Shown here: one piece after another, positions 45,740 to 53,902 of the stretch
Layout of the letters: every line of letters starts with the position of its first letter
Numbering within the stretch: the first letter of the stretch is position 1
Program-made: the position numbers and the translations under genes
NCBI GenBank assembly: GCA_003170415.1
Contig: PMZJ01000041.1
Location: 22,520-86,519, forward strand
Length of the DNA: 64,000 nt
From: Phycisphaerales bacterium
GTDB taxonomy: Bacteria; Planctomycetota; Phycisphaerae; Sedimentisphaerales; Anaerobacaceae
Direction: 5' to 3'
The notes under the pieces: model-generated
What the model was told of the DNA's origin: nothing
The model's database searches: none
What the model saw: only the letters and a program-made list of their open reading frames with translations

Positions 45740-47641
45740 TTGCATATTGTGAGTGCAGAGCATCGCAAAAAGTGGGTAAAGTTGTTCATATACATTGGGC
45801 TTGTAGCAGGTACATTTGCCGCGTATGAGCCGACATTTCATAACGGCTTCACTTATTACGACGATGATGCGTATATCACCGAAAATTCGCATATAATCCA
45901 AGGGGTAACGCCGGATTCAATTATATGGGCTTTTACCCAGCCGCACGCCTATATGTGGCATCCTCTTACCACGCTAAGCCATATGCTGGATTGCCAGCTT
46001 TTTGGGCTGAATGCGGCCTGGCATCACCTTGTCAGTTTGTTGATTCATATTGTCAACGCCCTGCTTGTTTTTTGGATTTTCACCAATTTGACCGGGGCAA
46101 TCTGGCCCGGCGCAGTCATCGCGGCGGTATTCGCGCTGCACCCGGTGCAGGTAGAATCAGTGGCATGGGCAGCCGAGCGAAAAACAGTGCTAAGCGGACT
46201 GTTCTGGTTTCTAACAATATCCGTTTATATCTGGTACACAAGACGACCATGTATAGGACGATATATATTGCTGTTTCTGGTCTTCGGCCTTTGCATTATG
46301 ACCAAACCGGTTGTTGTAACGCTTCCGTTTGCCCTGCTTTTGCTGGATTACTGGCCTCTTGAAAGAGTCAAATGGAACTCCAGTATTAAACCTTCAACTT
46401 CAATCGCCGAGTCTCCGCAAAAAATATCGGCCGTTCTATTGATAGCAGAAAAAACACCTTTGTTTTTGCTGTCTGCTATTCTGGCCGCGACAACATTCCT
46501 CTTTCAAAAAAGCGGAGATGTAGTCATCTCGCTTGAAAAACTGCCTCTCAACCTCAGAATCGCCAACGTTTTTATTTCCTACATCAAGTATATCGGCAAA
46601 ATAATATGGCCAAGCAAACTGGCTGCCATTTATCCATACTCCAGATTAACTCTTTCAGACCCCGTAGTGATTGTTTGCGATATATTACTTATATTGATAA
46701 CGATTCTCAGTATTTACATCGGTCGCCGTAGGAAATATATACTGGTCGGCTGGCTGTGGTTTGTCGGAACGCTCGTCCCGATGATTGGGCTTATCCAGGC
46801 CGGCTTGCAGCCAATGGCCAACCGGTATATGTATATATCCATTCTGGGTCTGCTTATCATTATCGTATTCGCCGTTAAAGAGCTTGTTGCCGATAAAACC
46901 AGCCGGAAAATTTTTGTTACTGTATCAGCCGCAGGTTTGCTGTTTAGCCTTGGTATTCTCACTAACATGCAGGTTAAACACTGGCAGAGCAGTTTAACGC
47001 TGTTCGAATATACCATTAAAGTAACCGAAAATAATACTATCGCGGAAAACAATTTTGGAAGTGCTTTATTTAGACTTGGGCGATACAACGAAGCCGTGGC
47101 GCATCTAACCAACGCTATTCGGATATGGCCACTCCATTTCAAAGCCCGCAACAATCTCGGGAAGACTTTTCTTAAACAAGGAAAGCTTAACGACGCCATA
47201 GTGTGCTTTGACGAGATTATAAAGCAAAATCCAAAGTATGCAGAGGCCTATTTGAATCTCGCCACAATTTATGCACAACAGGGCAAGTATGACCTGGTAT
47301 TTAGTAATTGCGCCAAAGCCGAAAAACTCAAGCTCAACAAAGTCGAAGAACTCAATAATCTTGCCTGGACACTTGCCACCATCGGGAACCTGCCTTCCGA
47401 GGGCAACGAGAAAGCAATAGAATATGCCCAACGTGCCTGTGAATTGACAGCTTATAAAAACATGCATGTCTTGGATACTTTAGCTGCCGCTTATGCCGCC
47501 TCGGGCAAATTCAACGACGCGATAATGACCGCCGAAAAAGCTTTAAGTCTCGCCAAAACCGCCGGACAGAAGGATACAGCCCGCGAAATGCAGAGCCGGC
47601 TGGAGCTTTATCGGACAAATCGGCCGTATCGTGAAAAGTAA
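45740..47641 (+). CDS. TMTC/PMT-like polytopic membrane protein (GT-C-like) with C-terminal TPR repeats
   Basis: AAYEPTFHNGFTYYDDDAYITENS motif, polytopic core collinear with 39014-40711, and about 7 TPR repeats. TTG 45740 or GTG 45749 start; a TGA lies 9 nt upstream. Confidence 0.72.
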   Translation: MHIVSAEHRKKWVKLFIYIGLVAGTFAAYEPTFHNGFTYYDDDAYITENSHIIQGVTPDSIIWAFTQPHAYMWHPLTTLSHMLDCQLFGLNAAWHHLVSLLIHIVNALLVFWIFTNLTGAIWPGAVIAAVFALHPVQVESVAWAAERKTVLSGLFWFLTISVYIWYTRRPCIGRYILLFLVFGLCIMTKPVVVTLPFALLLLDYWPLERVKWNSSIKPSTSIAESPQKISAVLLIAEKTPLFLLSAILAATTFLFQKSGDVVISLEKLPLNLRIANVFISYIKYIGKIIWPSKLAAIYPYSRLTLSDPVVIVCDILLILITILSIYIGRRRKYILVGWLWFVGTLVPMIGLIQAGLQPMANRYMYISILGLLIIIVFAVKELVADKTSRKIFVTVSAAGLLFSLGILTNMQVKHWQSSLTLFEYTIKVTENNTIAENNFGSALFRLGRYNEAVAHLTNAIRIWPLHFKARNNLGKTFLKQGKLNDAIVCFDEIIKQNPKYAEAYLNLATIYAQQGKYDLVFSNCAKAEKLKLNKVEELNNLAWTLATIGNLPSEGNEKAIEYAQRACELTAYKNMHVLDTLAAAYAASGKFNDAIMTAEKALSLAKTAGQKDTAREMQSRLELYRTNRPYREK

Positions 47642-47742
47642 GAGTTTCCTCAATCATCAATCATCGATTGTCAATACTCTGGCACTTATCAGCCCGCTAT
47701 GTTATTCTTATTGCACATTAAAAACAGTAAGGGGTTACAGGT

Positions 47743-48723
47743 ATGTCAGAAAGATATGATTGCATAATAATCGGTGCCGGCCCCGCCGGATTGGCCGCCG
47801 GATTATACGTTGCGAGAGACCGGTTCAAAACGCTGCTGCTCGAAAAGTTTGTCCCCGGCGGCCAAATCAACAATACTGACAGAATCGAAAACTATCCCGG
47901 CTTAGAGCGCATAAGCGGCTATGAGCTTATCGAAAAAATGCAAAAGCAGACCATCGCCTTCGGTGGTGAAATCAAAACAGGGTCGGAAGTTACGGCCCTG
48001 AAGAAATTAAGCAGCAGCGACATCGAAATTTCCTGCGATAAAGACAAGTATCTTGCCCGAACGGTCATACTCGCCCCCGGCAGCGACTATCGCAAACTCG
48101 GCGTCCCGGGCGAAGACAAGTTTCGCAATGCCGGTGCGGGCGTAAGCTATTGCGGAACCTGCGATGCGCCTTTTTTTAAGGGCAAATCCGTCGTCGCAAT
48201 CGGGGGAGGCAATACCTCGCTGGAAGAGACGCTGCACCTGTGCAAATTCGCCGCCAAAGTAACGCTGCTCCATCGCAGGGACGAATTCCGCGCAACCAAA
48301 GTCCTGCAGGAAGAGCTTATCGCGAAGACAAAAGAGCCGAATACTAATCTGCTGATTAAATACAGCACCGTGGCGACAGTAATTGACGGCAAAGACAGGG
48401 TCGAATCCGTCCGGCTTAAAAACGTTAAAACAAATAAAGAAGAGGATTACCCCTGCGACGGCGTTTTCATTTTTGTCGGTATGATTCCCAGTACCGGGTT
48501 TCTCAGGGGCTTTGTTGACTTGACCGACGACGGTTTCATCAAGTGCGATTTTGCGCACCTGCGGACAAGTGTCCCTGGTGTATTTGTGGCTGGTGACTGC
48601 CGGGTGGCAGCCGCGATGCAGCTCGCGGCGGCTACAGGTGACGGGGCAAATGCCGCGATGATGCTGAAGAATTATCTCCGCGATTCAAACTGGTGGAATC
48701 AGCCGGTGACCGGGGGACTTTAA
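47743..48723 (+). CDS. trxB: thioredoxin-disulfide reductase
   Basis: IIIGAGPAGLAAGLY FAD motif, redox CGTCDAPFF, and GGGNTSLEE NADPH motif. Confidence 0.92.
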   Translation: MSERYDCIIIGAGPAGLAAGLYVARDRFKTLLLEKFVPGGQINNTDRIENYPGLERISGYELIEKMQKQTIAFGGEIKTGSEVTALKKLSSSDIEISCDKDKYLARTVILAPGSDYRKLGVPGEDKFRNAGAGVSYCGTCDAPFFKGKSVVAIGGGNTSLEETLHLCKFAAKVTLLHRRDEFRATKVLQEELIAKTKEPNTNLLIKYSTVATVIDGKDRVESVRLKNVKTNKEEDYPCDGVFIFVGMIPSTGFLRGFVDLTDDGFIKCDFAHLRTSVPGVFVAGDCRVAAAMQLAAATGDGANAAMMLKNYLRDSNWWNQPVTGGL

Positions 48724-48730
48724 GTTTCGC

Positions 48731-49075
48731 TTAAAGCAGTTCGTCTATCGCCGCGGCGAGGTCTCTTTTGCTGGTCAGGCCGACCCATTTCTTCTGGACC
48801 TGCCCGTCTTTGAATAGGATGATGGTGGGTATCGCGCTTATGCCGAACTCCATAGCACTGTCTCTGGCCTCATCGGTATTGAGCTTGCAGACCTTCGCCT
48901 TGCCTGTGTAATCATTTGCGAACTCCTCTATGATGGGCGCCATCATCCTGCACGGGCCGCACCAGGGCGCCCAGAAATCCACAAGCACGGGCATATCCGA
49001 TTTATGAATGACGTCGTCGAAATCCGCGTCGGTAAGCTCAATCACATTGCCAGCCATTACTGACTCCTTTCCCAA
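48731..49075 (-). CDS. trxA: thioredoxin
   Basis: WAPWCGPCR active site in a 114-aa ORF. Confidence 0.93.
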   Translation of the reverse strand: MGKESVMAGNVIELTDADFDDVIHKSDMPVLVDFWAPWCGPCRMMAPIIEEFANDYTGKAKVCKLNTDEARDSAMEFGISAIPTIILFKDGQVQKKWVGLTSKRDLAAAIDELL

Positions 49076-49146
49076 ATTGGCCTTAGATTTATCTGGATTC
49101 TATAGAGTTGGCCAACCACTGTCAAACGCTTATTACGTTTTTCTGC

Positions 49147-50214
49147 TTATGATTGTTCTGTTGTTTGGCCGTCCAGTGCCCCTGGCTCGTCGGCGGTCTG
49201 TTTTGCCCTGTCTTTAGGAGGCAACTCCGCAATGGGTATGGGCAGGGGCGATTCCGTTTGCATCTCCTCGACCGGTTGCTCGATTGTTGAATTGTCCGCC
49301 GACGGTATTTCCACTATCGGTATAGGCAATTGCGATTCCTGCTCTGTTTCAGTTGTTTCATCAATAGCGAAATCCGGTTCTGCGGGCAATTCCTCAGCCG
49401 GGGCGGGCGTCGGCTGCTGTTCCCGTACGGCCTCTGCGGCTTCGATTCTCATTATCGCTGTTCGCACCGCCTCTTCCGCGGGCACATCGGTCGTCGCACG
49501 CAGGGATATCTTGCCTGTTTCCTGGTTTTGTTCCGCCCAGATTAACTGCGACCTGATAAGCTCTAAAATAGCCAGGAACAGTCCTACAAGCACCAGCCGG
49601 CTACTTCGCGGCTCAAAAATACGCTCGAAGTTCATCGGCCCTTCCTTTTGCAGCCGATGCAAAATCTCTATCTGATACAGGTCAATCGGCGTGTCATCGA
49701 TTATGTGACGAATATCATATTTGGCACCCGTCGCCTCCATAATCGCGTCGAAGGCCTCAAGCAGGTTCCATACGCTGACCTGGTCGAGGTCAATCGCCGG
49801 CTCCGCGTTCGGCTTGAACTGCTCGATGACCGTATCCGGTCTGGCAAACCGGTCGCCCTGTTCCTCAGCCGACGCCGCCAGCATATTCGCTGCGTCTTTG
49901 AACCTCTTATATTCCAGAAGCTGCCTGATAAGCTCGGCACGCGGGTCTGACAAATCGTCCGCCCCAATTTCCTCTCCCTGCGTTTTTGGCAGAAGCATCG
50001 CCGATTTTATCTGCATCAGCGTCGCCGCCATTACCAGAAAATCTCCCGCTACGTCGATATCGAGCTGTTTGAGTATGTCGATATAACGAATGTACTGGTC
50101 GGTGATTTTCGCAAGGGGTATGTCGTAGATATCAACCTCTTCCTTGCGGACAAGGTACAAAAGCAGGTCCATCGGCCCCGCGAATATCTCAAGATTTACC
50201 CGATAATCAGCCAC
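49147..50214 (-). CDS. scpA: segregation and condensation protein A (kleisin) with acidic C-terminal extension
   Basis: FAGPMDLLLYLVRKEEVDIYDIPLAKITDQY N-terminus. About 100 extra acidic/Pro-rich residues include LPIPIVEIP and LPIPIAELP. Confidence 0.85.
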   Translation of the reverse strand: MADYRVNLEIFAGPMDLLLYLVRKEEVDIYDIPLAKITDQYIRYIDILKQLDIDVAGDFLVMAATLMQIKSAMLLPKTQGEEIGADDLSDPRAELIRQLLEYKRFKDAANMLAASAEEQGDRFARPDTVIEQFKPNAEPAIDLDQVSVWNLLEAFDAIMEATGAKYDIRHIIDDTPIDLYQIEILHRLQKEGPMNFERIFEPRSSRLVLVGLFLAILELIRSQLIWAEQNQETGKISLRATTDVPAEEAVRTAIMRIEAAEAVREQQPTPAPAEELPAEPDFAIDETTETEQESQLPIPIVEIPSADNSTIEQPVEEMQTESPLPIPIAELPPKDRAKQTADEPGALDGQTTEQS

Positions 50215-50520
50215 TTACAACTCCTCCTCTTTTGGGTCATAGGGTTCATCCGCCTCGTCCGTTTCATCCCTTATTTCATACTCTTCCGGCTCGTGACCTT
50301 GTTGCTGCTCCTCAAGTATCTGTTTGGCCTCATCCGCGTTGCTTTCGAAGACCTGCAGTTTAGCGGTCAAAACGGTCGGCAGCAAACAGGTATTGGCGGC
50401 ATTCTCGCCTATCACCACTGCTTTAATGTCAAAGTCCTCGAGGACTTGTTTTGCCATCTCGGCCTGCATCGAATCCATATACTCAGCTATCGTAACAAGT
50501 TTATCTGCCATAGTACTCAC
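50215..50520 (-). CDS. DUF2007-like small protein with acidic tail
   Basis: LVTIAEYMDSMQAEMAKQVLEDFDIKAVVIGE resembles the DUF2007 fold signature. Lies between trpS and scpA on the same strand. Confidence 0.55.
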   Translation of the reverse strand: MSTMADKLVTIAEYMDSMQAEMAKQVLEDFDIKAVVIGENAANTCLLPTVLTAKLQVFESNADEAKQILEEQQQGHEPEEYEIRDETDEADEPYDPKEEEL

Positions 50521-51478
50521 CCAGTCCTACTGCTTTTCGTGCTTCAATCAGCGTTTTTACCGCGACGGCCCTTGCCCTCTGAGCGCCTTTTGCCAAAATC
50601 TGTTTGAGGTAATCCGGGTTACTCTCAAGCTCGGTTCGCTTCTGGCGGTAAGGCCTGAAGTATTCTACGATAAGCTCCGCCAGACGTTTCTTTGCTTCGC
50701 CGTATCCTGTTCCGCCTTTACGGTATTTGTCTTCCCATTGTTTGATTTCTTCGGCAGACGCGAAAAGTTTCAATAGCGCAAAAACGTTGCACTTGTCCGG
50801 ATTCTTGGGTGCCTCAACCGGCGTCGAGTCGGTAACAATCTTCATTACCTTGTTTTTGATACTCTTTTCCGGCTCGAACATCTCTATCGTGTTGCCGTAG
50901 CTTTTGCTCATCTTGCGGCCATCGATACCCGGCACTACCGCTACCGATTCGATAATGTGGTCTTTGGGCAGCACGAAAATCTCGCCGTATGTATTGTTGA
51001 AATACCCCGCGATATCCCGTGTTACTTCAATATGTTGCTTCTGGTCAGCCCCCACGGGCACAACATCGCTCTTATATATAAGGATGTCCGCCGCCTGCAA
51101 AACCGGATACGCGAACAGCCCGTGATTGGGGCTGATACCCTGGGCCACCTTGTCTTTGTAGCTGGTGCATCGCTGCAAAAGGCCCATCGGCGTAATACAG
51201 GACAGTAGCCACGTAAGTTCCGTAACCTCCGGCACGTCCGACTGACGCCAAAAAATCGTCTTTTCGGTATCAAGACCCAGCGCTATGTAGTCCATTGCGA
51301 CGCTGAGGGTGAATTCGGCAACGTCTTTCGGCGATGGATTGCTCGTCAGGGCGTGATAGTCGGCGATGAAGAAAAAGCAGTCGTTGCCCTGCTGCATCTG
51401 TATATGCTGGCGCATCGCCCCGAAATAGTTGCCTATATGCAGCCGACCCGACGGCTGAATGCCCGAAAATACTCTCAA
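50501..51478 (-). CDS. trpS: tryptophan--tRNA ligase
   Basis: HIGN (GRLHIGNYFGA) and KMSKS motifs. TTG start at 51478 sits 7 nt after AAGGAG; the ORF track opens at 51505. Confidence 0.93.
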   Translation of the reverse strand: MRVFSGIQPSGRLHIGNYFGAMRQHIQMQQGNDCFFFIADYHALTSNPSPKDVAEFTLSVAMDYIALGLDTEKTIFWRQSDVPEVTELTWLLSCITPMGLLQRCTSYKDKVAQGISPNHGLFAYPVLQAADILIYKSDVVPVGADQKQHIEVTRDIAGYFNNTYGEIFVLPKDHIIESVAVVPGIDGRKMSKSYGNTIEMFEPEKSIKNKVMKIVTDSTPVEAPKNPDKCNVFALLKLFASAEEIKQWEDKYRKGGTGYGEAKKRLAELIVEYFRPYRQKRTELESNPDYLKQILAKGAQRARAVAVKTLIEARKAVGLGEYYGR

Positions 51479-51916
51479 AACAAATCTCCTTACAAAGAAA
51501 AGCACAGAACTACCACAGAATTGAAGGTAACTTTCCTCTGTCCCAAAGTCAAGCGTTTTGCACGTGTTGCCGGACGCGAGGGCCGGCCAAATTCCGCGTT
51601 CTGACTGTTAAAAACGAACAATGTGCGGGAAACCATTCGTCCTATAAAATTGTGCTCAAGAAGAATAATCTGTCAAGTCGAAGGTAATATTGGTATATTG
51701 TTGTTTATATTTTGGCGGATGGGTGGTCAGGATGGTCCGAACAGGCCTATCCAACCCATCGGATTGTTGTAGTCATGCCCGGTTTCAACGGGCCCGTCTC
51801 GAGGGTCTCGTTCCGACTCGGTTGAGTCGTGAAGGGCACGTCGATTGCTTTGCGTAAGTATTTCGCCGAGGAGTCAGCGTATATGACGAATTATTTTTTG
51901 GAGCGGGAATAGGTTT

Positions 51917-52852
51917 ATGAAAAAGCGACCGGCAATAACGTCACGCGACCTCGGCCTGGAATTTGCGGCGCTCTGCGGCAAACATTTCATCGGGCTTGAG
52001 CATCTGCATTACGGCTACTGGCCCGAAGGTCTGCCGGTGAATGTAAGCAACCTGCACATCGCGCAGGAGAACTACACGAACTTTCTGGTTTCGCACATTC
52101 CATCCGGCGTTCGCACGATTCTGGACGTCGGCTGCGGTAGCGGGCATACGTCAAAACGACTCGTTGATATGGGCTATAAGGTCGCCTGTGTCTCGCCAAG
52201 TCCGGTGCTGAGCGGACGGGTGCGGGAACTGATGGGCAACGCCTGCCATGTATTCGAGTGCAAGTACGAAGATTTACAGACCGAAGACAGGTACGATTTA
52301 GTGCTGTTCAGCGAGAGTTTTCAGTACATCAAGATGCAAAAGGCAATGGCCAAAACGTTTGAAATTCTCAACCCGGCCGGCTATATGCTCATCTGCGATA
52401 TCTTCAGAAAAGACGTTGAGGCAACACCCGATGCCAAAAGCGTCGGCGGCGGCCATCTGTTGAGCAGGTTCTATAAACACATCACAAGCCAGCCATTAGA
52501 GCTGGTCGAAGATATTGACATAACCGACCACACAACTCCCAATCTCGACCTGATGGATGATGCGATGAAAAATGTCGTCCGTCCGGTTATCGATTCGTCG
52601 CTGAATTTCTTGGCAGGGAGGTATCCGCTTATGAGCAAGGTTATTCGCTGGTTGTACAGAAAGCGAATCAACAAAGTTTACCAGAGGCATTTCAACGGGA
52701 ACCGGGCCGGCGAGGACTTCGTCAAATTCAAATCTTATCGACTGTTCCTCTATAGAAGCACTTGTGCCGTTCCCGCGGAAGATTCGGCTGCGGTCGCGCC
52801 GTGTGTGGGCGGTCAAATGACCAGCTCGGTTGCTCTGCCGACGGGTCTGTGA
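51917..52852 (+). CDS. class I SAM-dependent methyltransferase
   Basis: Motif I ILDVGCGSGHTS, followed by acidic loop and post-I motifs. Confidence 0.8.
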   Translation: MKKRPAITSRDLGLEFAALCGKHFIGLEHLHYGYWPEGLPVNVSNLHIAQENYTNFLVSHIPSGVRTILDVGCGSGHTSKRLVDMGYKVACVSPSPVLSGRVRELMGNACHVFECKYEDLQTEDRYDLVLFSESFQYIKMQKAMAKTFEILNPAGYMLICDIFRKDVEATPDAKSVGGGHLLSRFYKHITSQPLELVEDIDITDHTTPNLDLMDDAMKNVVRPVIDSSLNFLAGRYPLMSKVIRWLYRKRINKVYQRHFNGNRAGEDFVKFKSYRLFLYRSTCAVPAEDSAAVAPCVGGQMTSSVALPTGL

Positions 52853-53167
52853 CGCCTGAGTTTCGGTCTGTGCCGGCCAATGTGTCCTGCATTGTGCGTC
52901 TTTCATCTTCTATCCCTATTCGCTATACGTTATCTGTTAATCAAAAATTTTTTATTTTAATGATTGACTTTTCCGATTGTAAATTATAGAGTGCCGCTAT
53001 CTGGGGGTTTTGCCGCTTGTGCGTATGATAAGTTGACAATTTGTAAATCGAGAGTAAGTTCCGGCGGAACCGGAGAAAATCATATTGGAAACTTTTACTG
53101 ACGGGGCACTAAAATCGCAAAGAGACCATACATACAGGGACCGTACTCGAAAGCGGATATTGCGCTT

Positions 53168-53419
53168 TTGAAAAAGGGGTATCCGGCCACAAGCGCGGTG
53201 GTGCTGGCGGGCAAGCTCAAACGTTCGCTTGTTTCGGTGCAGAAACAACTCCGCGAGATGCACATCGGCAGAAGAAAAGAATCCGGTTGGACGGCCCCCC
53301 AGCTGGGGTTTCTGCGAAGAAACTACAAGGAAACCGCGACATGGGAAATCGCCAATCGGCTGAATAAAACGCCTTCCGACGTGAAGCACAAAGCCGCCGA
53401 ACTGAAGCTCAAAAAGTAA
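53168..53419 (+). CDS. hypothetical small basic protein
   Basis: 83-aa ORF with only a TTG start and two W/L-containing helix-like half repeats. Coding status is uncertain. Confidence 0.3.
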   Translation: MKKGYPATSAVVLAGKLKRSLVSVQKQLREMHIGRRKESGWTAPQLGFLRRNYKETATWEIANRLNKTPSDVKHKAAELKLKK

Positions 53420-53461
53420 AGGGTCTTCAACAGCATCTGCTTGGACGACGGACGATTGTTT

Positions 53462-53749
53462 ATGATAGTCGGCGTGATGACAGCCAATCTGCACCTTCAG
53501 GGTATCGGCTCGCTCAAAGAAAAACGCAGCATTGTCAAAAGCGTAATTGGACGATTGCAAAGCCGATTCAATGTCTCTATTTCCGAAGTTGACCACAACG
53601 ACAGCAAAATCATCGCCACTATCGGCGTCGCCGTCGTCGGCAACGACAAATCCTTTGTCGAGAGCCAGCTCGAAACCGTCGCCAATTTTATGCGTAACGA
53701 CGGCCGGTTCTATCTGGGCACAATCGAACGCGAAATATTCGGCGTGTAA
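53462..53749 (+). CDS. DUF503 (YlxP-like) protein
   Basis: MIVGVMTANLHLQGIGSLKEKRSIVKSVIGRLQSRFNVSISEV closely follows the YlxP/DUF503 pattern. Confidence 0.75.
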   Translation: MIVGVMTANLHLQGIGSLKEKRSIVKSVIGRLQSRFNVSISEVDHNDSKIIATIGVAVVGNDKSFVESQLETVANFMRNDGRFYLGTIEREIFGV

Positions 53750-53902
53750 TTCATTGCACGTCCTTTAGCTTCTTGTGCCTCCAGCGATAAAAATATCCCG
53801 AAAAAGACCAAACCGTAGCAAAACGGTAACAATCATTCCTTATAAAATACAGGTGCCAAAGAGGTGTTTTTTTGATAACTTATTTCTTGAAAGGAATGAC
53901 TT

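Noticed and set aside
53168-53419. The small ORF as a Myb/SANT-type regulator
   Set aside because: Only a TTG start is available, a stop lies at 53099-53101, and the resemblance is limited to two loosely similar W/L-containing helices. It is kept as a low-confidence hypothetical.
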